A stretch of DNA of 45,960 nt from a virus (Duplodnaviria; Caudoviricetes). Both the position numbers and the translations under genes were made by a program. Below are positions 34,290 through 44,057 of this stretch, in pieces. The stretch lies in the IMG/VR virus record IMGVR_UViG_3300034197_000041, positions 1-45,960 of that record. One strand, written 5' to 3'. Within the stretch, counting starts at the first letter, position 1. Each line of letters starts with the position of its first letter. The notes beneath the pieces are model-generated. The model searched no databases and had not been told where the DNA came from. It was given only the letters and a program-made list of their open reading frames with translations.

Positions 34290-34729
34290 CACGCGCCTCC
34301 TAGCTCGCTGAGGATGCTGATCGGCGCCTTGCCGTGCGCCCGCTCGTCAGTGAGCGGCGTCTGGGCGGCGCCCTGAAACCAGTCCCACAAGGCCGCCATC
34401 TCCTCGGCCATCTCCCGGGTGACGCCCGGCGCCACCTCGGCCTCCGGCTCGGCGGCGGCGATCTGCGCGTCGATCCCGCCGGTCGCGCGGATGCGCTGCG
34501 GCGCCGCCGTCGCGTCGATGATCTGCGTGGTCGCCGTCGCGCACAGGGCGGCGCTCAGACGGTACCAGCGCTGCAAGGGGGTCTCGGCCACGGTGGGCAC
34601 TCCTTCGGGGATAGGCCCGGCGAGGCGCCAGGCGGCGAGGTACGGCCCGGCGCCGTCGTCCTGCACGACATAGTCGCGTGTCGGGTCGGCGCCGGGGTAG
34701 GCCGTGCGGATCAGCTCGTGGATCGTCAT
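34289..34729 (-). CDS. XkdW-like tail fibre chaperone
   Basis: N-terminus IRTAYPGADPTRDYVVQDDGAGPYLAAWRL resembles the XkdW family. Follows the fibre gene. Confidence 0.65.
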   Translation of the reverse strand: MTIHELIRTAYPGADPTRDYVVQDDGAGPYLAAWRLAGPIPEGVPTVAETPLQRWYRLSAALCATATTQIIDATAAPQRIRATGGIDAQIAAAEPEAEVAPGVTREMAEEMAALWDWFQGAAQTPLTDERAHGKAPISILSELGGA

Positions 34730-35982
34730 GATGTCGGCCCCATCCACCAGGCGGCGAACGCCGTGTAGGGGCTGCCGTGCTCGAGCTGCCCGCTGGCGTC
34801 GAAGGTCTGGTACACGTAGACATTGAGGTAGTCGGAGGCGCCGTCCATCGCGACGAGCGCGCTCCCAGATCCCGAGAACGACGGGCCGTCATAGAGTCGC
34901 TCGTAGCTCGACCCGTTTTTGTAGAGCGAGGCGATCAGGCGAGCGCTCGGCACGGTCGTGTTCAGGGTCAGGTGGCAGGTGACAAGGTAGATCCCCGCCC
35001 GGAGCGGCTTGTACTCGTAGTTCGTGGCGTTATCGTAATAGCTGCCGATGTCAAAATTCTCGGCCCCGAACCGGACCTTGACGAACGTCCCGGTGGTGAC
35101 GCCGGTCTGATTCGAGTACAGGTAGGCAGAGAACCCGACCGGGGCATGGATGAGGCTGCCGCCCGCGATGCTGAGCCCCGCGCCCGCCGTGATCAGCTCG
35201 GCGGCGCCCGTCCCCGCCGTCGAGCGTCCGAGCAGGCGCGCCGAGTCGACGGCGGCCACCGTGGCGTAGCTCTGCGTCCCGGTGTGCGTCGCCCGGTCGC
35301 GTAGCTGCGCGTCGGTCGCGTTGGCGGTCGCGCCGCTCGCCACGCCGTCTAATTTGCTCTTGTCGGCGGCGCTCATGCTTCCTGGCACGCTCGCCGTGGC
35401 GGCGCTGATGGAGATGGCCGGCGCCGTGCCGCCGCTCGACACAATCGGCGCCGTGCCGCTCACGCCCGTGACGGTCCCCGGCTGCGCCCCGGCGGCGATC
35501 CCGTCCAACTTCGTCTTATCGGCGGCGCTCATGCTGCCGGCAGCCCCGCTCGTGGCCGCGCTGATGGAGATGGCCGGCGCCGTGCCGCCGCTCGACACAA
35601 TCGGCGCCGTGCCTGAGACGCTGGCGACGGCCGCCCCGGCGGTGACACCGTCGAGCTTGCTCTTGTCGGCGGCGGCCATAAACCCGGCGGCGCCCGTGGT
35701 CGCGGCGGCGTGCAGGCTGCCCCCCGCGAGGTTGCCGTGCGCGTGGGTATGCCCCGCGTCCGAGGCGTCGCCCGTGGCCCCCGCCGTGGCGGTCCCCAGC
35801 GGCTGCGGCGTAGCGCTCGAGAGGCTGACCAGGTCGTCGAGGTCGACGACGCCGCGCGAGCCGCTGCCGGCCGGCGCGACCTGGCCGCCGGCGAGCTGCC
35901 CGGCGATCTGCGCCGCCGGGAGGCGCAGGCGGGCGAGGGCCTCCTCGATGGCGCGGGCGAGCGCCGAGGGCGCCTGTCTCAT
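34726..35982 (-). CDS. Tail fibre with shaft repeats and C-terminal C1q-like head
   Basis: Three G.M.AADK.KLDG repeats. C-terminal FSAY...KVRFGAENFDIGSYYDNAT...AGIYLV. Start at MRQAPSAL. Confidence 0.8.
   Translation of the reverse strand: MRQAPSALARAIEEALARLRLPAAQIAGQLAGGQVAPAGSGSRGVVDLDDLVSLSSATPQPLGTATAGATGDASDAGHTHAHGNLAGGSLHAAATTGAAGFMAAADKSKLDGVTAGAAVASVSGTAPIVSSGGTAPAISISAATSGAAGSMSAADKTKLDGIAAGAQPGTVTGVSGTAPIVSSGGTAPAISISAATASVPGSMSAADKSKLDGVASGATANATDAQLRDRATHTGTQSYATVAAVDSARLLGRSTAGTGAAELITAGAGLSIAGGSLIHAPVGFSAYLYSNQTGVTTGTFVKVRFGAENFDIGSYYDNATNYEYKPLRAGIYLVTCHLTLNTTVPSARLIASLYKNGSSYERLYDGPSFSGSGSALVAMDGASDYLNVYVYQTFDASGQLEHGSPYTAFAAWWMGPTS
35402..35613. repeat. 56-bp exact direct repeat within the tail fibre gene
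   Basis: 35402-35457 equals 35558-35613, period 156 nt. Confidence 0.9.
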
Positions 35983-38900
35983 GGCGCGCCCCCCGCGACC
36001 ACCACCTCGATCCACTCGGCGAGCGTGCCCGCCGGCAGGCCGATGGTCGTCCACGTCGCGCCGTCGAGAGTCACGTAGACCCCGCCCGTGCTCGGCGAGA
36101 GCCCTGCCACGGCGGTGCGCGACTGGGCGTCGCTGCGGATCGCGCTCACCGCGGCGCCGCTGTGCGCCACAGCGGCGGACGGCGCGCCGTCGATGCCGGC
36201 CACGCGCCAGATCGCGCCGTCGCCCCGCCGGGCCACGTAGACCCCGTGGGTGGCCGCCGCGACCCGGGTGCCAATGCCGCTGGCGACCAGGGCGGGCGCG
36301 GCGCCGGCGCGATAGTCGGCCACGGAGACGAGGCTGTCGGCGCCGACGATGCCGGCCACGCCCCGCCCGCCGGGCACGCGGACCAGGTCCAGGTACTCGC
36401 CCGGCGCGGCGGCGCTGGTGCGGGTGAGCGCCCCGCCGTCGGGCACGTAGCCGAGGCGCCGGTCGGAGGCGACGCCGGACGAGTAGGCCGCGACGACGAC
36501 CTCGTCGGCGCTCCCGGCGGCGGCGTGGAAGTGATTGACCGAGGCGCTCAGGCTCACCGCCGCGCCGCTGGTGGCGCCCGTGGTCAGGCGCCAGAGGTAC
36601 GACGCCCCGATCTCGTAGCCAAAGGCCCATGGCTGGCCGACGACCGCGTAGCGCCCCGGGGTCGTCTCCGACCACAGCGGGTTGATGTCTACGAGCGTCG
36701 CGGCGCCGAATGAGCCCGAGAGCGTGACGCCCTGCCACGTTGCCCCGCCGTCGGTGCTGAGGTACAGCGGCGTGTGGGTGCTGGTGGTGTAATCGACCAG
36801 GTGCCCGCCGCTGATCTTGCTGCCCGTGGCGCTCCGGCTGCCGCCCGAGAGCAGCAGGCAGCTCGGGTCGAACGGCGCTGCCCTGAGCCGGTACCAGTAC
36901 CAGCCCGCGCGCGGCGGCGTGATGTCGGCCCACGCGCCGGTGAGCGGGTCGTAGCGCCGGATCCGGTCGTTGGCGCCCGAGACGCCGAATGGCAGCACGT
37001 AGATCGTCGCGGGCCGCACCACCGCCGCGCCCACGCCCACCCGGTGCGCCTGGCTACCCGACGCCGGATCATAAAAAAGTGACAGCTTGTCGCCCAGCGG
37101 GAAGTACTTCTTCACACTCCCCTTCGTCGACCCGAAGCTGGCCAGATACACAATCGGCTCGTCCGGGTCGCAGAGCGCGTGCTGCGCCGTCTCGCCGGCC
37201 CCCAGCGTGGCCGTGATCGCCGTGGCGATCCCCGTCTCGCTCGCGACCGCCCAGCCCCGGCCCTGGCCGTCCCAGGCGTAGCACGTCAGCTCGTCCGTGC
37301 TGAGCGCGATGGCGCGCACCTCTGCCACGGTGGGCGCGGTGCCCAGCGGCCAGGAGGCGGTGAGCGGCCCCTCGACGCGCTGCAGCGGCGCGCCGATGAA
37401 GCTGCCCGTGTAGCAGATCCACGTGGTCGCGCCGCTTTCGCCCCTGACCAGGTGGCGCGCCGTCGCCCCGGCGGGGCCGGCGTAGAGCACACTCCAGCCC
37501 GTGCCGGGCGTCTCGGCGGTGGCGTGGTAGAGGTTCGCCCCGGCCAGGGCGAAGACGCTGCTTGGCACGGCGGGGTCCTCGAGCACGGCGGCGATCGACG
37601 CCGGCAGCGTGCCCCAGAGCGCGAACGTCGCCCCGCCGTCAGTCGAGCGGTAGAGGCTGGCGCCCTTCGCCGCCCAGACGCGGGCCGTGCCCGGGGTCTG
37701 GGCCAGGGCGGTGATCGCCCCGCCGAGGCTGGCCAGCGCCGTCGAGGCCGTGGCCAGCGCGTCAGACGAGCGGCGCAGGCCCGTGGCGCCCGTGGCCCGG
37801 GTGGAGAGCAGCGGGTCGCTCAGCTCCGGCACGAGGGTGCTGTCCCCGGTCGCCTCGACGTGCCAGGTGGCGCCGCCGTCGGGCGTGGCGGCCCACGCGG
37901 CGCCGAGCGCCACGCTCAGCACGCGGCTGCTCGGCGTCACGGTGGCGTCGCCGGCCAGGGTGATCGCCTGCGTGATCGCGCCGGTCTTCGAGCTCGTGTC
38001 GGTCACGGTCAGGGTGACGCTCGCCGTGGCGGTCGCGGCCGGGTAGACGAACATGGCGCGGGGGCCGGTGGCGCTGGCGCTGAAGCCGGCTGCTACCGCC
38101 GTCGCAGAGGCCCAGGCGTAGCTGACGATCTCCCCGTCGCCCAGCGAGTGGCTGCCCGTGCCGTCGAGAAACGCCTCGACGACCGCCACGCCGTTCAGCG
38201 TCTCGCGCACCAGGCGCCAGCTAAACGACGCCTCGGGCGGGGGCAGGGTCGTGTAGCCCTGATCGCCCACGCCGCCATCCAGCGTGAGCGACTGGGCGAA
38301 GTTCCCGGCGCGCAAATCCAGGGTGCTTGAGAGCGAGTAGATAAAAAAGGGCTTGGCTGCGCTGTAGCCGATCAGGCTGCACTGCACGGCGACGGTCATG
38401 CCCACCGCGAGGCGCGGGTCGGCCTTGAGCCGGCCAATCCTGATCACGTTGGGCTGGCGGCCCCACACCGTCAGGATGCGCTTCGCCACCCCGGTCGCGC
38501 TCGCGTTCCCGGCCTCAGCCTCGTTGACGAACTCAATCAGGCTGCTGCTGTACTCCTGCGTGCGATCCGCGTCGCCGGTCTGCCAGGCATCCCAGATCTG
38601 CGCGCCCTGCACGCCCGTGTTGGCCCCCCTGACGACCACGCGATTCTTCACGCTGGCGGCGTCGCGCTCGCGCTCCGGGGGGCCGGCGAGCAGGAAGTCA
38701 TCGCCCCACCTGAGCGTGCGGAACGGGCTATCTGAAGGCTTGCGCTCGATCAGGGCGGCCCGCGCGACGCCGCTGGCATCGCAGTAGAGCCAGTAGCCGA
38801 GCACCTCGCAGATCGCCTGCGCGGCCGCGAGCGCCGTGGTGTTCTGCCACGAGACGGGGGTGAGCGCGCCCAGTACCCACTCGGCGCCGGCCCACTTCGA

Positions 38901-39335
38901 GCCGCTGGCGGGCAGCGCGGGGATGCTCAGCCTGGTCAGCCCGGCGCCAGCGAGGATCTGCGCCACGGCGGCCGACGCGGCGATGCTGTTCAGCGGCGTG
39001 GTGGCGATGTCGGAGCGCCGCACGTCGGCGAGCCAGAGCGGGTCGGCCACCTGCAGGCGCCACTGATTCGGGTAGGAGCGCTGCAGCACCTTCGTGACCA
39101 CGCCCGTGAAGCCGGCCACCTCGTATCCGTCGTAGCCCCATGTCCAGCTGATCGCCGTCTCGCCCTCGCTGATCGTCACCGGCGGGTTGCGCCCGACGAC
39201 CTCGCCGCCTGAGACGCCCTGGCCGAAACTCGTGTCACGGCTGAGCGTGAGCACGTCGGCCCAGCGCTTGCCGCCCAGCCGCACGGTGGCGGTGGGTCGG
39301 CGGCTGTGGGCGGCGATGCGGGCGGCGAGCGACAT
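35979..39335 (-). CDS. Tail tip/hub protein with PKD-like domain and Asp-box (BNR) beta-propellers
   Basis: N-terminal hub-like region, LDGTGS...IVSYAW...TLTVTD PKD pattern, repeated (S/T)xDGGxTW motifs. Confidence 0.8.
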   Translation of the reverse strand: MSLAARIAAHSRRPTATVRLGGKRWADVLTLSRDTSFGQGVSGGEVVGRNPPVTISEGETAISWTWGYDGYEVAGFTGVVTKVLQRSYPNQWRLQVADPLWLADVRRSDIATTPLNSIAASAAVAQILAGAGLTRLSIPALPASGSKWAGAEWVLGALTPVSWQNTTALAAAQAICEVLGYWLYCDASGVARAALIERKPSDSPFRTLRWGDDFLLAGPPERERDAASVKNRVVVRGANTGVQGAQIWDAWQTGDADRTQEYSSSLIEFVNEAEAGNASATGVAKRILTVWGRQPNVIRIGRLKADPRLAVGMTVAVQCSLIGYSAAKPFFIYSLSSTLDLRAGNFAQSLTLDGGVGDQGYTTLPPPEASFSWRLVRETLNGVAVVEAFLDGTGSHSLGDGEIVSYAWASATAVAAGFSASATGPRAMFVYPAATATASVTLTVTDTSSKTGAITQAITLAGDATVTPSSRVLSVALGAAWAATPDGGATWHVEATGDSTLVPELSDPLLSTRATGATGLRRSSDALATASTALASLGGAITALAQTPGTARVWAAKGASLYRSTDGGATFALWGTLPASIAAVLEDPAVPSSVFALAGANLYHATAETPGTGWSVLYAGPAGATARHLVRGESGATTWICYTGSFIGAPLQRVEGPLTASWPLGTAPTVAEVRAIALSTDELTCYAWDGQGRGWAVASETGIATAITATLGAGETAQHALCDPDEPIVYLASFGSTKGSVKKYFPLGDKLSLFYDPASGSQAHRVGVGAAVVRPATIYVLPFGVSGANDRIRRYDPLTGAWADITPPRAGWYWYRLRAAPFDPSCLLLSGGSRSATGSKISGGHLVDYTTSTHTPLYLSTDGGATWQGVTLSGSFGAATLVDINPLWSETTPGRYAVVGQPWAFGYEIGASYLWRLTTGATSGAAVSLSASVNHFHAAAGSADEVVVAAYSSGVASDRRLGYVPDGGALTRTSAAAPGEYLDLVRVPGGRGVAGIVGADSLVSVADYRAGAAPALVASGIGTRVAAATHGVYVARRGDGAIWRVAGIDGAPSAAVAHSGAAVSAIRSDAQSRTAVAGLSPSTGGVYVTLDGATWTTIGLPAGTLAEWIEVVVAGGAP
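38090..38107. repeat. Dispersed 18-bp palindrome, copy 6
   Basis: CTGCTAC CGCC GTCGCAG. Confidence 0.85.
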
Positions 39336-39344
39336 AGGCGGTTC

Positions 39345-39701
39345 TCAGGACAAGAACAAAAATTCGAGGTCGGCGTAAAACAGCGGCCCGCCCCCGTGCG
39401 TGAGTGGCGTGGCCTTCGTGAGCAGCGCCGTGGCGCTCTGCCCGCCGACGCTCGTCAGCGTGCCCTGCTGCCCCAGCATGCCCACCAGGGCGTCACGGTC
39501 GGCCACGGCGGGGCAGCCGGCGCGCAGGCTCAGCGCCTCGAACTCGCGGGCGCCGATGTCCACATAGCGGCGCGGCGTGGCGCCCACGTCGCCGGCGATG
39601 GCGTCAATGGTGACGCTGATCGACTGGGCGAACCAGCGCGGGGCGCCGTCGGGGTCCATGCGGCGGAAGGCGACAGCGCGGAATGACCAGGATGCGCTCA
39701 T
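39345..39701 (-). CDS. Distal tail-like protein
   Basis: 118 aa between tape measure and hub genes. Confidence 0.6.
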   Translation of the reverse strand: MSASWSFRAVAFRRMDPDGAPRWFAQSISVTIDAIAGDVGATPRRYVDIGAREFEALSLRAGCPAVADRDALVGMLGQQGTLTSVGGQSATALLTKATPLTHGGGPLFYADLEFLFLS

Positions 39702-42307
39702 GGCCTCGGCCCTGACACGCCGCCGCCCTGCCCCGCGCCGGGCGGGGCGGTCACGCTGACGCTGGCGATCCCGCTGGCGAGCTCGGCGTCGACCAGCTGC
39801 TCGAAGAGCGGCCAGGTAACGGTGACGATCTGCTCGGCGCCGATGGCGATCTGCGTCGGCGCGATCTGGACCTGGAGCTGGATCGGCCCAGGGCGCTGCG
39901 CGGCGGTGGCGGCGAGCACGGCGGCGGCCTGGCTGGCCCCGGCCTGGGCGGCGACGGCCGCCGCAGGCACGGCAGGCACGGCGGCGCGGGCCTGCGCGGC
40001 GGCCTGGCCCGCGACGATCCCGGCCTCACGCGCGGTCTTCGCCACGTCGGTGCCGTAGTCCTCGCCCTGGCGCGCCCGCGCCCGCTGCGCGTCCTCGGCG
40101 GCCCGGCGCTGCTCAAGGCTGTAGCGCTGCTCGAGCTGGCGCGCCTCGAAGATGCGGCCCTCGGCCAGGAGGCGCTGGCGATCAAGCTGGTAGTCCTCCG
40201 TGCGCCGGCTGCTGGACAGCTCGTAGTCCTCCTGCATCTGGCGCAGCTGGCGGTAGTGGTCGCGCGTGCGCTCCTCAATCCGCTGCTGCGCCTGCGCGAT
40301 CTCTTCCTGGCGGCTCTTCTCGATCTTCTGGAGCTCGATCAGCACCTGCTTGTACTCGAGGCTGCTCGTCTTGCCCCGGCGCTCAAGCTCGGCCTTTTTC
40401 TGCTGCAAGAAGATCAGCTTCTCCTGCGCCGTGCCCTCGAGGGCCAGGTCGGCCCGGAAGTCGGCGGAGAGCGCGGGGTTCTTCGCGGCGGCGCGGGCGG
40501 CCTTGTCGGCGGCGGCGGCCTGCTCGTCAGCGAGCTGCTTGGTCAGCGTGGCCTGCTGCACCAGCAGCGCCCGGCGCTCCTCCGTGGTGAGCCCGGCGAT
40601 CTTGAGCTGCTGGTTGACGTTGGCCAGGCGCTGGGCCGTGGTGCCGGTCGCCTGGATGATCGCCCGCTCGGTGAGCAGGCGGTCCTGCGCGGCCTTCGCG
40701 GCGGCCTCGGAGCGCGCCACGTCGCCGGGGGCCGTGCCGCCGTAGCCGGGCTTGATTGCCGCCCCGCCCTCGAGCGCGGCCTTCTCGCGCAGCAGGGCGA
40801 TGATGTTCATGATCGCCGGGGCCTCGGTGCCGGCGTAGGCCGCGGCGATCCGCGCGGCGGCCGCCGCCACCGGCTCGCCCGACGCGGCGGCGCGATCCAG
40901 CTCCTGGTTCAGCAGGTTCTGCCGCACCTTGAGGATGTCCGCCTGGGCGGCGGCGAGGATCTTCGACTGTGCGTCGGCGTTCGAGGCGCCGGCGGCCTGC
41001 TGGGTCGATGCCGTGGCCTGCTGCATGGCCAGGGCGTTGGCGCGGGCGGCGCCAGCGTTGCGGCTGTGCGCGTCGGCCTGGCGGATGAGCGCATCGTCGG
41101 CGTGGGCCAGCTCGTAGAGCCAGGCGACGATCGGGTCGGTGGGGATGCCCTGCTGGATCGACGCGGTGAGCGCCTTCCAGTCGCCGGTGAACAGGCGCGT
41201 CCCCGCCCGCAGCGAGTCGATCCACGTCTCCGTGACGGCCATGCCCGGCCCCATGGCCAGCTGGCCCTGGGCGAGCTTCAGCTCCTCCTGCTGCCGCGCG
41301 ATCTCCTTGAGCTTGCCGAGCGGCCCGTCGAGCTGCGCGCTCAGGGTCGCCGAGGTGGCGTTGACGCCCTGGAGGTAGGTGTCGAGCACCCGCACCGCGT
41401 CGGCGCCGCCCTGGATCTCGGCCTTCATCTTGTTCGCCGAGGCCCGCGAGACGTTGAAGCGCTCGACGATCGAGGTGATGTCCCCCGACTGGAGCTCCTT
41501 CAGCGCGAGCGCCGCGCCCTGGATGTTCTCGGCGGGGTTGAGGATGGTCAGGCGCTGGAGGGCGCCGAAGATCTCCCCCGTGCTGGCCTGGCTGGCGCGC
41601 ATGATCGGGATCGACGCCTGCAGGACGCCGGCGATCTCCCCCTGCGTCAGCTTGAAGCGCTCGCCGTAAGCCTGCGCCTCATCGTAGGTGCGCTGGTAGT
41701 CGCGCACGCCCACGAGCTGGGCCGCGATCGAGCGGTTGGTCGCGTCGATCTGCGCGCTGAACGCGAAGGCCTCGCCGAAGGAGCGCAGCGCCACCGCCGC
41801 GACGCCGACGGCGCCCGCGAGCCCCGCCGCCGTGCTGGCGAAGGTGGCTGCGGTGTCCGAGAGGCCCGCGATGGTGCGGGGGAGGATGGGCGCCCCGCCC
41901 GCGCCCGTGCCCGCCCGCTGCGACTCGAGGCGGGCGAGCTGCGTCTCGGCGCCGATGACCCCGCGCGTGCGCTCGGTCTGGGTGGCCAGCGCCGTGTTGA
42001 TGCGCTGGATGGCCCCGGGGAGGTTGCCCTGCGCCTGCATGAGCCGGGCCTCGGCCTGGGCCAGGGCCAGCGTCTCGCGCTGCGCCCGCTGCGCCGCCGC
42101 CGCCTGGCTTTGCAGCTGCGGCGTGACGTTCTTCAGCCCCGCCGGGGCCGCGCTCGCCGGGATCACCGTCTGGGCGCCGCTGGCCGCCTGGCCGCCGAGG
42201 GTGCGCAGCTGGGCGTAGGCCGCCTTGATGCGCGCGATCTCGGCGTAGAAGGGGCCTGCATCCAGAGAATATTTGGCGGCCGCCGCCCCGGCGTCGTAGG
42301 AGGTCAC
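39698..42307 (-). CDS. Tape measure protein
   Basis: 869 aa, Ala/Gln-rich helical, downstream of the tail tube and chaperone genes. Confidence 0.85.
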   Translation of the reverse strand: MTSYDAGAAAAKYSLDAGPFYAEIARIKAAYAQLRTLGGQAASGAQTVIPASAAPAGLKNVTPQLQSQAAAAQRAQRETLALAQAEARLMQAQGNLPGAIQRINTALATQTERTRGVIGAETQLARLESQRAGTGAGGAPILPRTIAGLSDTAATFASTAAGLAGAVGVAAVALRSFGEAFAFSAQIDATNRSIAAQLVGVRDYQRTYDEAQAYGERFKLTQGEIAGVLQASIPIMRASQASTGEIFGALQRLTILNPAENIQGAALALKELQSGDITSIVERFNVSRASANKMKAEIQGGADAVRVLDTYLQGVNATSATLSAQLDGPLGKLKEIARQQEELKLAQGQLAMGPGMAVTETWIDSLRAGTRLFTGDWKALTASIQQGIPTDPIVAWLYELAHADDALIRQADAHSRNAGAARANALAMQQATASTQQAAGASNADAQSKILAAAQADILKVRQNLLNQELDRAAASGEPVAAAAARIAAAYAGTEAPAIMNIIALLREKAALEGGAAIKPGYGGTAPGDVARSEAAAKAAQDRLLTERAIIQATGTTAQRLANVNQQLKIAGLTTEERRALLVQQATLTKQLADEQAAAADKAARAAAKNPALSADFRADLALEGTAQEKLIFLQQKKAELERRGKTSSLEYKQVLIELQKIEKSRQEEIAQAQQRIEERTRDHYRQLRQMQEDYELSSSRRTEDYQLDRQRLLAEGRIFEARQLEQRYSLEQRRAAEDAQRARARQGEDYGTDVAKTAREAGIVAGQAAAQARAAVPAVPAAAVAAQAGASQAAAVLAATAAQRPGPIQLQVQIAPTQIAIGAEQIVTVTWPLFEQLVDAELASGIASVSVTAPPGAGQGGGVSGPRP

Positions 42308-42516
42308 AGATCACCCCGCTTCTTTGCCGGCGGGCCGTAGCTCCCGGCGACGATCACGGCCTGGTCAAAGACAAAGGCGGCCAGGGGGTCAGTGACCCCG
42401 GCGATCTCACTCGGGCGACGGTGGTAGGTCGTCGCCTGGTGGTGCAGGCTCCGAAGGCCCTGAAGCGTCGTTATCCGGGGGAGGCAGGTTAGCCGAGAGG
42501 CGACGGCCCTGCCAAA
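42304..42516 (-). CDS. Tail assembly chaperone extension (gpGT-like), startless ORF probably reached by frameshift
   Basis: +1 frame relative to the chaperone encodes ...QATTYHRRPSEIAGVTDPLAAFVFDQAV...KRGDL*. Its stop overlaps the tape-measure GTG. Confidence 0.6.
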   Translation of the reverse strand, partial: FGRAVASRLTCLPRITTLQGLRSLHHQATTYHRRPSEIAGVTDPLAAFVFDQAVIVAGSYGPPAKKRGDL

Positions 42517-42844
42517 AGTAGCCGAAGAACAGGCCCTCCACGTCGCCCCAGCTCAGCCGATCCGGGCCGATCTCGCCCTCCCCCGGCGCGCGGCCCAGCA
42601 CCAGGCGCGGGCGCACCAGGATGAGCGAGGCCAGCGAGTACATGCCCCGGATCTTGTTGCGCTTGCGCAGAAACTTCAGCGCCGGGTCCGCCGTGGGCAG
42701 CTCGGCGCCCTCGCCGTCGAGCAGGTTCAGCACGTCGATCATGACCTGGCTCGGGACGGCGTCCACGGTGGCGAGGATGGCGTAGAGGTCGGGCATGGCG
42801 ACCTCGGCCTCGCCGATCTGCGAGAGCGGCCAGGTGTCAGGCAC
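42407..42844 (-). CDS. Tail assembly chaperone (gpG-like)
   Basis: 145 aa between tail tube and tape measure genes. Confidence 0.7.
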   Translation of the reverse strand: MPDTWPLSQIGEAEVAMPDLYAILATVDAVPSQVMIDVLNLLDGEGAELPTADPALKFLRKRNKIRGMYSLASLILVRPRLVLGRAPGEGEIGPDRLSWGDVEGLFFGYFWQGRRLSANLPPPDNDASGPSEPAPPGDDLPPSPE

Positions 42845-43638
42845 TAGCCCACCTCGCCGTCGTAGAAGAACTCGCCGTCGCTCGAGGCACCCACGATGGG
42901 CACGCCCAGCAGATCCACGGCGGTGCGGCTGGCGGCGAACGAGTAGCTGGTCAGCCCCAGCTTCGCCCCGGTCTGCACATCGCCGGCGCCCTTGAGCGTC
43001 AGCGTGCCCATCGGGAAGTAGCGCCCGAAGACGACGCTGCTTTCGACGCCGTTGACGACCTTGATCGCGTCGGTCTCCAGGCGCACGCCGACGCTCACGC
43101 CGCCCTTATCGTTGCCGCCGCCGAAGCCCAGCGCGCTGGTGAGCCCGCCGGCCAGCGTGCCGGTGATCGTGCCCTTGCCGAAGACGCTGCGATGGGCGCT
43201 CGTGGGCACGGCGTCGAGGTCCAGCTGCAGGGTGAGGCCCGCCAGGCCCTCCTGCTTGATCTTGAGGTTGTCGCCCTCCCAGGTGATCGAGTCCGTCTCG
43301 GGGCTCACGCCGGCCTTCTGCGCCAGGTGAAACTGCGTCTCGATCAGCGGCACCAGCGACTGTGCCGAGCCGGTGCCGATGGTGATCGGGCTGCCGGCCT
43401 TCGTGGCGCTGATCTTCAGGTGGGTCGAGTCGGCGACGTTGACCACGAAGTAGCGCGTGAGCAGGGCGATCCCCGACGCCCCGCCGATCGCGGTGAAGGC
43501 GACGAGGTCGCCGACGGCGAGGCCGTGATCTGCGGCGGCGGTGAACGTGTCGGTGGCGCTGCTGCCGGCAATCGCCGTGCCGAGCGTCTGGATAATCGCC
43601 CGCCGAAAGCCGCTCGGGCGATAGTACGTGTAGGCCAT
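42844..43638 (-). CDS. Major tail (tube) protein with inserted small beta domain
   Basis: 264 aa from MAYTYYRPSG, CAGGAGG RBS upstream, expected position, ITWEGDN motif. Confidence 0.7.
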   Translation of the reverse strand: MAYTYYRPSGFRRAIIQTLGTAIAGSSATDTFTAAADHGLAVGDLVAFTAIGGASGIALLTRYFVVNVADSTHLKISATKAGSPITIGTGSAQSLVPLIETQFHLAQKAGVSPETDSITWEGDNLKIKQEGLAGLTLQLDLDAVPTSAHRSVFGKGTITGTLAGGLTSALGFGGGNDKGGVSVGVRLETDAIKVVNGVESSVVFGRYFPMGTLTLKGAGDVQTGAKLGLTSYSFAASRTAVDLLGVPIVGASSDGEFFYDGEVG

Positions 43639-43640
43639 GG

Positions 43641-44057
43641 CTAGCTGAGCCTCCTGTAGGTAAGTTGGACCGGTCGCACGAGCAGGCCGTCGAGGGTCGC
43701 GTCTTCCGTCGCCTGGCCGATCAGGGTGATCCGCGTCTCGCCCCACGCCAGCGCGTCGCGGGGGTACGCCGCCTCAATGAGCGGCACCAGGGCGTCAATG
43801 CGGGCGTAGCCCTGGCCCGGGTCGTCGTAGGCCCACCAGACGCCGGTGATCGGGCGCATGTCGCCCGACTGCCCGCCCACCGACCCGCCGCGCCACACGA
43901 GCAGCGGGCGGGCGGGGCGGGGCTCCTGGCGCAGCTTCTCGGCGGGGATGATCGAGGCCGCGCCGGCGCCCAGAGCCGCGCGCACCGCCCCGCCCGCCAG
44001 CGCCGTCTTGAGCTGGGCGTAGAGCAGGCCGTTCAGGGTGGCGAGGTCAGGGGGCAT
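43641..44057 (-). CDS. Tail terminator-like protein
   Basis: 138 aa immediately upstream of the tail tube gene. Confidence 0.65.
   Translation of the reverse strand: MPPDLATLNGLLYAQLKTALAGGAVRAALGAGAASIIPAEKLRQEPRPARPLLVWRGGSVGGQSGDMRPITGVWWAYDDPGQGYARIDALVPLIEAAYPRDALAWGETRITLIGQATEDATLDGLLVRPVQLTYRRLS

Noticed and set aside
34726-35982. Diversity-generating retroelement acting on the fibre
   Set aside because: No reverse transcriptase is present, and the repeat pair is identical with no adenine-specific mismatches.
35983-36933. N-terminal 317 aa of the 735-aa ORF 34726-36933
   Set aside because: Arg-rich off-frame overlap with the tail tip gene. The fibre starts at 35982.
35282-42340. 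Long plus-strand ORFs opposite the tail genes (for example 40256-42340 and 37179-38330)
   Set aside because: Shadow frames of the tape measure and tail tip genes.
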